Positions 55,402-64,000 of a DNA stretch of 64,000 nt are shown here, in pieces. The stretch's first letter is position 1; each line of letters starts with the position of its first letter. The notes beneath the pieces were generated by a model, which saw nothing but the letters and a program-made list of their open reading frames with translations, did no database searches and had not been told where the DNA came from. Origin of the DNA: Sphingomonas sp. (GTDB lineage Bacteria; Pseudomonadota; Alphaproteobacteria; Sphingomonadales; Sphingomonadaceae); assembly GCF_035998645.1 (NCBI RefSeq), contig NZ_DASYHL010000005.1, forward strand, positions 807,487-871,486, in the 5' to 3' direction. The translations under genes were made by a program, and so were the position numbers.

Positions 55402-56274
55402 ATGATCGGGGTGATGGCGGGGGAAGGCGTGACGGTCGCGCTGCGCCTTCTCCTCTACCTCGATCTGATGGCGGTTGCCGGATTGCTCCTCTGCGCGCGG
55501 CGAACCGCGCCGGCCGAGATGTCGCCGCGTTTGATCGCGTTGCTCGCTGGCATTGGCGTGGTGGTCACTGCCGCGCATTTGGCGGCAAGCGCCGCAGCCA
55601 TGGTCGGGGGTGATGCCGCCCTTCTCGATGCCGAAATGCTCCGCTTCATCGCGCTCGAAACGAGCCATGGACAAGGGGCGGCGGTCCGGCTTCTGGCCTT
55701 GGGCGCGCTGGCTATGCTGGCGCGATCCAGCCGCCCCGCCGCGCTGCCAACAGTGCTGGGCGTCGTTGCTCTCGCGAGCCTCGCCTGGTCCGGCCATGCG
55801 GGGGCTGGCGAAGGTGCGACCGGTATCCTGCACAAGGCGTCGGATATCCTCCATCTGATCGCGGCGGCGATGTGGATCAGCACGCTGGCGCTTCTGCTTT
55901 TGTCCGTCGCGCGACTTGAGCCAGCGATCGACGAGATCGTCGTAGCATTGCGCCGCTTCGCCAACACCGGCACCGCAGTCGTTGGCGTGCTGATCGTGAC
56001 CGGCGTGATCAACCTCGCCATGATCGCCGATCTCGCCCGACCAACGGCCTTGATCGCGAGCGCCTACGGCCAGACGCTGGCGGTCAAGGTCGCGCTGTTT
56101 CTCGCCATGCTCGCATTCGCGGCAGCAAACCGCTGGCGCTTCACCCCACAACTCGAACATGCCGCCGGTCGCGACACACGCGCAATCCGCATGAGCCTCA
56201 GCCTCGAATTATGCCTCGGGATCGCCGTTGTGCTGGTTGTCGCGCTGCTCGGGACGCTCTCGCCCGACGCCTAA
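55402..56274 (+). CDS. copD: Copper resistance membrane protein CopD
   Basis: SGHAG, HLIAAAMW, RRFANTG, TGVIN, KVALF, NRWRFTP. Confidence 0.88.
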   Translation: MIGVMAGEGVTVALRLLLYLDLMAVAGLLLCARRTAPAEMSPRLIALLAGIGVVVTAAHLAASAAAMVGGDAALLDAEMLRFIALETSHGQGAAVRLLALGALAMLARSSRPAALPTVLGVVALASLAWSGHAGAGEGATGILHKASDILHLIAAAMWISTLALLLLSVARLEPAIDEIVVALRRFANTGTAVVGVLIVTGVINLAMIADLARPTALIASAYGQTLAVKVALFLAMLAFAAANRWRFTPQLEHAAGRDTRAIRMSLSLELCLGIAVVLVVALLGTLSPDA

Positions 56275-56741
56275 CGCTTGGTCGCGGACGACCAGTGGAT
56301 ATGGACGATCTTCCACGCACCGGCGGCTCGGCGCAGGATCATCGTCTCGGTGCCGGTAAGGGACAGCGCCCGGCCCTTGAAGGTGCCGGCGGTCTCGGTC
56401 TCGCTCGTGACCCAGGCAGTGTCGGTTCCAACCCAGGACGCGCGCTTCACCAGCTTGCGCTGGGTCGCACCGGCGAACTCGGCGTCGGCCTTCAAATGAT
56501 GGCTCGCATATTCCGCCTTGCTCCGCTCGGCGCGACCGGACTCGTAGATCAGCACATCCTCGCTCAGCAGCTTGAGCGCGGCTTCAACCTTCCCTTCGGT
56601 CAACGCCGCGTGAAACCTGTCCACCGTTGCGATTGGTGATTGGGGCGCGGCGATGTCCTCTGCCGTTTTGGCAACCGCGAGGGGTGCCTCGCTCAAACCG
56701 ACAAGAGCCAGCGTCATTGCGGTCAACAGCCCTGTATTCAT
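56271..56741 (-). CDS. Secreted NTF2/DUF4440-family protein
   Basis: Signal peptide; FHAAL, YASHHLKAD, ETMILRR...WKIVHIHWSS. Confidence 0.8.
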   Translation of the reverse strand: MNTGLLTAMTLALVGLSEAPLAVAKTAEDIAAPQSPIATVDRFHAALTEGKVEAALKLLSEDVLIYESGRAERSKAEYASHHLKADAEFAGATQRKLVKRASWVGTDTAWVTSETETAGTFKGRALSLTGTETMILRRAAGAWKIVHIHWSSATKR

Positions 56742-56764
56742 GAGTCCCTCTATACTGGCACTGT

Positions 56765-56792
56765 AATACGTGAACTCCCAACCTGTCCCTCA
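56765..56792 (-). promoter_or_regulatory. ECF-sigma promoter for the NTF2-family gene
   Basis: TGAGGGA-N15-CGTATT. Confidence 0.7.
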
Positions 56793-56987
56793 TCGGGCGT
56801 AACGCTCAGCGGTTCGTCCTTCGCGCTGATCGACAGCTTCCTATCCTTCAGCTCACGCGGTCTCCCAACCGGCAAGCCCAAAAACCCGATCGCTGTTTTG
56901 CAACTTGGCCCCGTCGCTACCCGCGAGAGCAGGCTTGTCGATACGTGCGAGGATGGTATTCTCTCCCCTCCAAATTGGAGGTCGGCG

Positions 56988-57056
56988 ATGAACATGAGCG
57001 ACTGCTGCGATAAGGACTGCCCCTGCTGTGCCAAAGAAAAAGACAAAGGCAAATGA
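56988..57056 (+). CDS. 22-aa Cys-rich peptide MNMSDCCDKDCPCCAKEKDKGK
   Basis: GGAGG RBS 6 nt upstream of the ATG; 5 Cys; at the edge of the copper cluster. Confidence 0.4.
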   Translation: MNMSDCCDKDCPCCAKEKDKGK

Positions 57057-57071
57057 CACTCGGGCCTCGGG

Positions 57072-57659
57072 TTAAACCGAGGCCCCGTCCAGTGATGGCA
57101 ATCCATTCGACGAGGCCGATTTCGATAGGCCACTCAAGGCAAGCATAGCCGCAAGGTCGGCGCGGGTGTTGATGTTGGAGAGGCCCAGACGCGCATCGTC
57201 CACTATTCTCGCATTGGTCGCCCCGATCCAGGACCGCAGTGAACGACAGCCGGATAGGATGTGCAGATCCAGCCGTGGACCAAGATCGGCGGGCCAGAGG
57301 CCAATCAGATGCTGGGTGGCAAACACGCAGGGGCCGGATGAGCCGAGACGATCGACGAGATCCAGCGGGAGCGGAAATACGTCGACGGGTACCGTCACAA
57401 CCGCCTCGTATCCGCGCGCGCGCGCGTCAGCGAGCGCGGCGTTGAGCCCGCCCAACGGCCCGAGCCCAGGCGCAGGGCAATCGGAGATCCAGCGCATTCG
57501 ATGCGATGGGCGGCCACAGAGAACCAGTTCATCCACCTGGGCTTCGAGCGCGCCGCGCGCATGCTCGATCAGGCTGACGCCGCCGATCGTCGCAAGCGCT
57601 TTGTCGCTTCCGAAGCGGCGCGAGGCGCCGCCAGCGATGAGGGCCCCCAGCCGCCGCAT
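57072..57659 (-). CDS. mobA: Molybdenum cofactor guanylyltransferase
   Basis: LIAGGASRRFGSDKA, GPLGGL, VPVDV, NINTRADL. Confidence 0.88.
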   Translation of the reverse strand: MRRLGALIAGGASRRFGSDKALATIGGVSLIEHARGALEAQVDELVLCGRPSHRMRWISDCPAPGLGPLGGLNAALADARARGYEAVVTVPVDVFPLPLDLVDRLGSSGPCVFATQHLIGLWPADLGPRLDLHILSGCRSLRSWIGATNARIVDDARLGLSNINTRADLAAMLALSGLSKSASSNGLPSLDGASV

Positions 57660-57660
57660 C

Positions 57661-58896
57661 TCAATGGCCAAGCGCGAGAGCGGGGACCGGCGCTCCTGCG
57701 GGGAGTGCGGGGGCGTTGGCCGGACGGCGGATGAGAAACCGGGTATGTGCAAGCAGCGCCTGTCCCGACGCCGATTGGCGGTCGAGCATGCGGACGCGGT
57801 CGCCTTCTTCGGCCGCGCAGAGAAAGGCCTCACGCGAACCGTTGGCCGGGACCGCGTCCACAAGAGTTGCGGTGCGCCAATCCAACGCGCTTGCAAGGGG
57901 GCGCCCGCTGAGACCGGCGAGCAAAGGTGCGAGGAACAGGCGGGCGACAGTCAGCGCTGCCGTCGGGTTGCCGGGCAGGCCCAACACCGCAAGTCCGCCG
58001 AGACGCCCGAACCAGACCGGCTTGCCCGGCTTGATCGCCAAATCTGCAAATGCGATCTCCAGTCCCATTGCGGTCAATGCGGCGCGGCAGTGATCTCGGT
58101 CACCGCGCGACGCGCCGCCGGCGATGACCAGCAGATCGGCCTCGGCGAGCGCCTCCCGCGCGGCGGCGCGGATCGCAGGCGGGTCATCGGCGACACGCCG
58201 CGTTGAGATGTCGCCACCGCCCCATTCGCGCGCGAAAGCGCAAAGCGCGATCGACAGGCTGTCGGGGATCGCCTGCGCATTGCCGATCGCCGTCCCCGGT
58301 TCGACGATCTCATCCCCGGTTGCAAGGATGAGGACCCGGGGCTTTCGCCATACCCGCACCACTGCGACATCGGCGGCAGCCACGGTGACCAGTGCGAAGG
58401 GATCCAGCAGCGCGCTACGTGGCAGCAACGTCGCCCCAGCTTGAAAGTCGCTCCCCCGCAACCGGACATGCGCGCGCTCACCGGGAGACGCATGGAGAAC
58501 AACATGGTCGCCTTGCAGAAGGCTCCGCTCGGCGACGATGACCCGATCAGCGCCACGCGGCATCGGCGCGCCCGTCATTACCCGCATCGCCTCGCCCGCC
58601 GCGACCGATCCGGCATCGCACGCACCGGCGTAGCACGTCCCCACAATCCGAAGCGGCGCGCCATCTAGGTCAACGCTTCGCACCGCATAGCCATCCATCG
58701 CCGCGCAATCGCGCCGGGGCGAGTCGATCTGCGCAATCACCGGTTCGGCGAGGACACGGCCGGCCGCCGCTGCAAGCGCAATCTCTTCTTCGCCGAGCGG
58801 GAGAGCGTGCAGAGTGAGGATGGCCTGCGCGACGTCGTAATCCATCGCGGCGGCACAGGGTTCAGGGTTGGCAGCAAGCGCCTCGGGTTTACCCAT
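57661..58896 (-). CDS. moeA: Molybdopterin molybdotransferase
   Basis: AMDGYAV, VMTGAPMP, TGDEI, GGASRGDRD, KPGKP, GLPGNP. Confidence 0.92.
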   Translation of the reverse strand: MGKPEALAANPEPCAAAMDYDVAQAILTLHALPLGEEEIALAAAAGRVLAEPVIAQIDSPRRDCAAMDGYAVRSVDLDGAPLRIVGTCYAGACDAGSVAAGEAMRVMTGAPMPRGADRVIVAERSLLQGDHVVLHASPGERAHVRLRGSDFQAGATLLPRSALLDPFALVTVAAADVAVVRVWRKPRVLILATGDEIVEPGTAIGNAQAIPDSLSIALCAFAREWGGGDISTRRVADDPPAIRAAAREALAEADLLVIAGGASRGDRDHCRAALTAMGLEIAFADLAIKPGKPVWFGRLGGLAVLGLPGNPTAALTVARLFLAPLLAGLSGRPLASALDWRTATLVDAVPANGSREAFLCAAEEGDRVRMLDRQSASGQALLAHTRFLIRRPANAPALPAGAPVPALALGH

Positions 58897-59671
58897 GGGC
58901 GACTCTCCGACCTTTGTCATCGACCAGAGCGACATCCTCGACCCGTACCGCTTCCCCGATCAGGATCAGCGTCGGCGCGTCATCGGCGAATGCACGGGTA
59001 GCAATGTCGAGCAGATCAAGGCGTGTCGAGAGCCGTTTTTCAGTTCCCAAGCTGACGTTGCAAGCAATCAGAACTGGGGTCGCGCGGTCCACGCCCGCCG
59101 CGATCAGCCGTCGTGCAATCTCTCCCGCCGCGCCACGGCCCATATAGAAAGCGAGCGTCGCGCCTGGGGTCGCAAGCGATGTCCAGTCCAGATCGAGTGC
59201 CGCGCCGTTTCGGCTATGCGCGGTCACGAACCGCACCTCGCGCGCAAGACCGCGCAGCGATAGCGACACCCCCGCCGAGGCTGCGGCAGCGCTTGCCGCT
59301 GTTACGCCGGGGCAGACCTGCACGATGCACCCTGCCTCGCGCAGCGCGGTCATTTCCTCGGCCGAGCGTCCAAACAGCGACGGATCGCCCCCCTTGAGCC
59401 GCACCACGCGCCGTCCCGCGCGCGCGGCGGCGACCAGCAGCGCATCGATGCTGCTCTGATCCTTCGAATGCCGCCCGGCGCGCTTACCGACACTGACGCG
59501 CTCGACACCGGCAGGGATCAGGTCGAGAACGCCCTGTCCGACCAATGCGTCATGATAAACGATGTCGGCCGCTTCGATCAGCCGCACCGCCTTGCGCGTC
59601 AGCAGGTCGGGATCGCCCGGACCTGCGCCGACCAGCCAAACGCTACCCCGTGGAAACGCGTCATGCTGCAT
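58889..59671 (-). CDS. cobA: Uroporphyrinogen-III C-methyltransferase (siroheme synthesis)
   Basis: LVGAGPGDPDLLT, RLKGGDP, PGVTAA. Confidence 0.93.
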   Translation of the reverse strand: MQHDAFPRGSVWLVGAGPGDPDLLTRKAVRLIEAADIVYHDALVGQGVLDLIPAGVERVSVGKRAGRHSKDQSSIDALLVAAARAGRRVVRLKGGDPSLFGRSAEEMTALREAGCIVQVCPGVTAASAAAASAGVSLSLRGLAREVRFVTAHSRNGAALDLDWTSLATPGATLAFYMGRGAAGEIARRLIAAGVDRATPVLIACNVSLGTEKRLSTRLDLLDIATRAFADDAPTLILIGEAVRVEDVALVDDKGRRVAHG

Positions 59672-62255
59672 CGGACGTTACCTCCGAAAGAATGCGGGCG
59701 AGCGCCGGACGGCACGATCCGCAATTGGTGCCGGCCTGCAGCGCCCCGCCGATTGCGGCGACATCAGCAAGCCCACGGTCACGGATTGCCGCGACGATGG
59801 AGTTGAGCCCGACATCGAAACAGGCGCAGATCACCGCACCGCGATCGGGCTGCGCCCCCGGCGCGCGACCGGCGAGCAGAGTCGGTGCGGCGTGTTCCTC
59901 GCTGAGTTGTGCGATCAGCCAGTCACGTGTCGGCAACTCGCCGGTGCGGGTAACGAACAGCACCGCCGCCAGCTTTCCGTGAGCGAGCACGGCGATCCGC
60001 CGCGTGCCGCGCGCGGCATCGATCGCCTCGACCCGCTCGCCGCGCGGCAGCAGCGCCTCGATCCGCGTCGCATCGCCATTGCCCGCGAGCTCCCACAGGC
60101 TGCCCTGCGGCACCGCCACCCGCGTCGCCCACAGGCAGCGCGGGGGTGCGGCCAACTCGCCCGACAGGATCAGGAAGCCGCGCCATTCGGTCGCGATGGG
60201 CGCAATCTTCGCCGGCGTCGATTTGAACCCGGGCTGGCCCGAATGCGGATCGGTGAGCGGACGCGGGAGCAGCCCGGTGCGCCCACCGGTCGAAGTGCGG
60301 TCGGTCCAGTGGATCGGCGTGAACAGTTCGCCACGCCGCTGCGTCTCGGTCAGCGCGACGCGGAAGATGCTGTCCCCCTGTGGCGTCGCCACCCGCGCAA
60401 GCCCGCCATCGGTCAGCTCGAGTTCGACGGCATCCTCAGGATGCACCTCGACCAGCGGTTCCTCGCGGTGACGCGCCAGTTTCGGCGACAGGCCGGTGCG
60501 CGTCATCGTGTGCCACTGGTCGCGATAGCGCCCGGTGTTGAGCGTCATCGGCCAGTCGCGCAGCGGCGCGGGGATCGGCTTCTGCGCCACGCTGATCAGC
60601 CGCGCGCGACCGTCCGGGGTCGAAAATCGGCCAGTTGCGAACGGCACGCCACCCCAGCGGAACGGCGTCATCGTGTCATAGGCGGCGTTGCCCCCGGCCC
60701 CGCCATCGGTCAGCGCGAACAGGCGCTTGCCGTCATTGCCATAGGTCGACAGCCGGCAGTGCTCGCGCCAGATTTCGGCGGGGCGGTCATAGGCAAAGGC
60801 GGTTTTCCACCCCATCCGCCGCGCGACCTCTTTGATGATCCACCAGTCGGGTTTCGCCTCACCGGGGAGCGGGAAGAGCGCGCGCTGGCGGCTGATCGTG
60901 CGGTCGCTGTTGGTGACCGTCCCGTCCTTCTCCCCCCAGGCAGCGGCGGGCAGGCGGACATGGGCATAATCTGCGCTGTCGGTCCTCTCGATCACGTCGC
61001 TGACCACGACGAACGGACAGCCAGCCAGCACCTCACGCACCCGCCCCGCGTCGGGCATCGAAACGGCCGGATTGGTCGCCATGATCCACAGCGCCTTGAT
61101 CCGCCCTTCGCCGATCGACCGGAACAGGTCGACCGCCTTGAGTCCCGGCTTCTGAGCGATGGCGGGCGAGGCCCAGAAGCGCTGGACAAGGTCGCGGTTC
61201 TCGGGTGCGAAATCCATGTGCGCAGCGAGGGTGGAGGCGAGCCCTCCTACCTCCCGACCGCCCATCGCATTGGGTTGCCCGGTGATCGAGAATGGCGCGG
61301 CACCCGGCTTACCAATCCGCCCCGTCGCCAGATGGACGTTGAGGATCGCGTTGACCTGATCGGTGCCGGCAAGCGCCTGGTTCACCCCCTGACTGAACAG
61401 CGTCACCGTCCGCGGCGTCGCGGCGAAGAGCTCATAGAAGCGCCTGAGGTCTGATGGCGACACGTCACAGACCCGCGCCACCGACCACAGGTCACTCCCC
61501 TCTCCTACCTCGTCCCAGAATTCCTTGGGCGTCGCGACATGCGCGTTGAGATACGCCTCATCCAGCACACCCGCCTCACGGCACCAGTGGAGCAAGCCGT
61601 TCATCAGAGCGACGTCGCTTCCGGGCCGGATCGGCAGATGCAGATCCGCCTCCTCCGCGGTCTCGGTACGGCGCGGATCGATCACCACCAGTTTCGCACC
61701 CGCCTCGCGCCGCGCGGCGATGCGCTGATAGACCACCGGGTGGCACCATGCGGTGTTGCTCCCCACCAGAACGATCAGGTCGGCGGCGTCGAGATCGTCA
61801 TAGCTGGCGGGAACCACATCCTCGCCAAAAGCGCGGTTATGGCCCGCCACCGCGCTCGACATGCACAGCCGCGAATTGGTGTCGATGTTCGCCGTGCCGA
61901 TGAAGCCCTTCATCAGCTTGTTGGCGACATAATAGTCCTCGGTCAGCAACTGGCCCGAGACGTAGAAGGCGACGCTGCCCGGCCCATGCCGAGCGATCGT
62001 GTCGCGAAAGCGTTTTGCGACGAGGTTGAGGGTCTTGTCCCAGCTAGCGCGCTTGAGGCCGATCATCGGATGGAGCAGCCGCCCTTCCAGACCGACGGTT
62101 TCGCCGAGATGGGTGCCCTTCGAACACAGCCGCCCGCGATTGGCGGGATGGTCGGGATCGCCCTCGATCCGCACCGCGCGCTTACCCGTGACGGTCGCGC
62201 GAATGCCGCAGCCGACCCCACAATAGGCGCAGGTGGTGCGGATCACCTCGTTCAT
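59661..62255 (-). CDS. nasA: Assimilatory nitrate reductase catalytic subunit
   Basis: TTCAYCGVGCG, LCSKG, NSRLCM, GQPNAMGGRE, LNTGRYRDQWH, C-terminal ICAC...CGSC (BFD-like). Confidence 0.95.
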   Translation of the reverse strand: MNEVIRTTCAYCGVGCGIRATVTGKRAVRIEGDPDHPANRGRLCSKGTHLGETVGLEGRLLHPMIGLKRASWDKTLNLVAKRFRDTIARHGPGSVAFYVSGQLLTEDYYVANKLMKGFIGTANIDTNSRLCMSSAVAGHNRAFGEDVVPASYDDLDAADLIVLVGSNTAWCHPVVYQRIAARREAGAKLVVIDPRRTETAEEADLHLPIRPGSDVALMNGLLHWCREAGVLDEAYLNAHVATPKEFWDEVGEGSDLWSVARVCDVSPSDLRRFYELFAATPRTVTLFSQGVNQALAGTDQVNAILNVHLATGRIGKPGAAPFSITGQPNAMGGREVGGLASTLAAHMDFAPENRDLVQRFWASPAIAQKPGLKAVDLFRSIGEGRIKALWIMATNPAVSMPDAGRVREVLAGCPFVVVSDVIERTDSADYAHVRLPAAAWGEKDGTVTNSDRTISRQRALFPLPGEAKPDWWIIKEVARRMGWKTAFAYDRPAEIWREHCRLSTYGNDGKRLFALTDGGAGGNAAYDTMTPFRWGGVPFATGRFSTPDGRARLISVAQKPIPAPLRDWPMTLNTGRYRDQWHTMTRTGLSPKLARHREEPLVEVHPEDAVELELTDGGLARVATPQGDSIFRVALTETQRRGELFTPIHWTDRTSTGGRTGLLPRPLTDPHSGQPGFKSTPAKIAPIATEWRGFLILSGELAAPPRCLWATRVAVPQGSLWELAGNGDATRIEALLPRGERVEAIDAARGTRRIAVLAHGKLAAVLFVTRTGELPTRDWLIAQLSEEHAAPTLLAGRAPGAQPDRGAVICACFDVGLNSIVAAIRDRGLADVAAIGGALQAGTNCGSCRPALARILSEVTSDAA

Positions 62256-62596
62256 CAGGCAGCGGCCTTCAGCGTGCTCGCACGGCAGATCAGCACGCGT
62301 CCCGCGCTGATCTTGACCGGGACGGTCGGCGTGCACCCCTTGTCCTCGCCCAGCGCTTCGCCAGTGGTCAGCGAGATGCGCCAGTTATGAAGCGGACACG
62401 CCACCGCGCCGCCATGGACGATCCCCTGCGACAGCCGCCCATGTTTGTGCGGGCAGCGGTCGCGCAGCGCGAACACCTTATTTTCGCCGGTGCGGAAGAT
62501 CGCGATGTCGTCGCCGCCCTCGACCTGCACCGTGCGGCTGCCGCGCACGGGAATCTCGTTCAGCCAGCCGATATCGAGCCATTCGGCGGTGGTCAT
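62255..62596 (-). CDS. nirD: Nitrite reductase small subunit (Rieske-type)
   Basis: CPHKHG and CPLHNW. Confidence 0.92.
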   Translation of the reverse strand: MTTAEWLDIGWLNEIPVRGSRTVQVEGGDDIAIFRTGENKVFALRDRCPHKHGRLSQGIVHGGAVACPLHNWRISLTTGEALGEDKGCTPTVPVKISAGRVLICRASTLKAAA

Positions 62597-64000
62597 GCCA
62601 TCTCTCCAACGGGGGTGAAGCGCGCCATCGGCGCGTGATGTTCGCGCTCGGCACCCTGCGCGCGCTGCGCCCAAGGGTCGTCCTGCGAGAACGTCTGGGA
62701 ATAGAAGAAGCGCGCGGCGAGGTCGGCGCGGACGGCATCGTCATCGAGCAGCCGCGACCGCACATACTCGACGCCCACCCGCTCGATCCACGGCGCGGTG
62801 CGCTCCAGATAGCGCGCTTCCTCGCGATAAAGCTGGATGAAAGCGGCGCAATGCTCGATCGCCTCGGCCTCCGTCGCAACCTTGCACAACAGGTCGGTGG
62901 CGCGGACATGGATGCCGCCATTGCCGCCGACATGCAGCTCATAGCCGCTGTCGACGCACACTACGCCGAAATCCTTGATCGTCGCCTCGGCGCAGTTGCG
63001 CGGACAGCCGCTGACCGCGATCTTGAATTTGTGCGGCATCCACGACCCCCAGGTCGCGCGCTCGATTCTGACGCCAAGGCCGGTCGAATCCTGCGTGCCG
63101 AACCGGCACCATTCAGAGCCGACGCACGTCTTCACCGTGCGCAGCGACTTGCCATAGGCGTGGCCGCTGACCATCCCGGCGGCGTTGAGGTCGGCCCAGA
63201 CCGCGGGCAGATCCTCTTTCCTGATCCCGAAAATGTCGAGCCGCTGGCCGCCGGTCACCTTGACCATCGGCGCGTTGTACTTCTCCACCACGTCGGCGAT
63301 CGCGCGCAGCTCGCGCGGGTTGGTCAGACCACCCCACATGCGCGGGACGACCGAATAGGTGCCGTCCTTCTGGATATTGGCGTGCATGCGCTCATTGACG
63401 AAGCGGCTTTGCTGGTCGTCGACATACTCGCCCGGCAGCGCGCAGAGCAGGTAATAGTTGAGCGCAGGACGGCACGAGGAACAGCCATCGGGCGTGCTCC
63501 AGTGCAGCTTCTGCATCACCTCCGGTATCGATCGCATGTTCTGTGCGACGATCTCGCGCCGGACATCGTCATGGCCAAAGCTGGTGCATTTGCACATCGT
63601 GCGGGCACCGGCCTGCACTTCATCGCCCAGCGTCAGCGCAAGGACGGTCTCGACCAGCCCGGTGCAGCTCCCGCAGCTCGCCGACGCCTTGCAGATCGCC
63701 CGCACCGTATCGAGGCTATGTGCGCCCTTGGCGATGCACGATACCACCTGCCCCTTGGTCACGCCGTTGCAGCCGCAGATTTCCGCATCATCGGAAAGCG
63801 CCGCAACGGCCGCCTTAGGGTCCGCCGCGCCCCCTCCCTGGGCGAAGGCCTGGCCGAAGATCAGCAGGTCGCGGACATCGGCAACGCTCTCCTGCTTCTT
63901 CAAAAGGTCGAAATACCAATTGCCGTCGGCGGTATCGCCATACAGCACCGCGCCGACGATGCGATCGTCCTTGACCACCACGCGCTTGTACACCCCGCGC
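62593..64000 (-). CDS. nirB: Nitrite reductase large subunit (partial, runs off right edge)
   Basis: ICGCNGV, SCGSC, VKTCVGSEWC, VSGCPRNC (siroheme/4Fe-4S ligands). Confidence 0.95.
   Translation of the reverse strand, partial: RGVYKRVVVKDDRIVGAVLYGDTADGNWYFDLLKKQESVADVRDLLIFGQAFAQGGGAADPKAAVAALSDDAEICGCNGVTKGQVVSCIAKGAHSLDTVRAICKASASCGSCTGLVETVLALTLGDEVQAGARTMCKCTSFGHDDVRREIVAQNMRSIPEVMQKLHWSTPDGCSSCRPALNYYLLCALPGEYVDDQQSRFVNERMHANIQKDGTYSVVPRMWGGLTNPRELRAIADVVEKYNAPMVKVTGGQRLDIFGIRKEDLPAVWADLNAAGMVSGHAYGKSLRTVKTCVGSEWCRFGTQDSTGLGVRIERATWGSWMPHKFKIAVSGCPRNCAEATIKDFGVVCVDSGYELHVGGNGGIHVRATDLLCKVATEAEAIEHCAAFIQLYREEARYLERTAPWIERVGVEYVRSRLLDDDAVRADLAARFFYSQTFSQDDPWAQRAQGAEREHHAPMARFTPVGEMA

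Noticed and set aside
59562-61454. 630-aa plus-strand ORF
   Set aside because: Antisense to nasA; no independent features.
1-64000. tRNA/rRNA genes, CRISPR arrays, integrase, IS transposases, trb/virB genes, fseA
   Set aside because: None recognised by eye or in the ORF track, so ICE ends and att sites cannot be placed; tRNAscan/ISEScan would be needed to exclude small or degraded copies.

Overview
GC-rich alphaproteobacterial DNA (gene content typical of Sphingomonadaceae) that is mostly accessory. From left to right: a CHASE3/PAS histidine kinase (partial); fixLJ divergent from an alternative oxidase + globin pair; an EEP nuclease and a SRAP gene; an ICE-like transfer core (rdfS-like HTH, traF, lytic transglycosylase, rlxS relaxase, DUF736) whose promoter keeps an FseA-type inverted repeat although no fseA gene is visible; a 12 kb defence-like island (Avs2-like STAND NTPase with C-terminal nuclease motif, and a LexA-boxed TPR/PIN-like giant protein plus partner); an orphan MbtG-like N-hydroxylase; a leading-region block (ardC, DUF2958, parB, SNase, AlkB-like, DUF1810); azoR/HxlR; a RiPP cluster (lasso-cyclase-like enzyme, 43-aa precursor, HPrK-like kinase, PqqD/RRE, 2OG-Fe(II) oxygenase, sulfotransferase) with no leader peptidase or exporter; a copper cluster (copAB, grx-MauE, cueR, cnrYXH-like ECF module, copCD) with four matching ECF promoters; and the end of a nitrate assimilation operon (nirB partial, nirD, nasA, cobA, moeA, mobA). 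The best candidate for an undescribed system is the peptidase-less, triple-tailoring lasso-like cluster at 43.2-48.5 kb. I saw no tRNA, rRNA, CRISPR array, integrase, transposase or T4SS genes. All family calls come from motif recognition by eye, not database searches.
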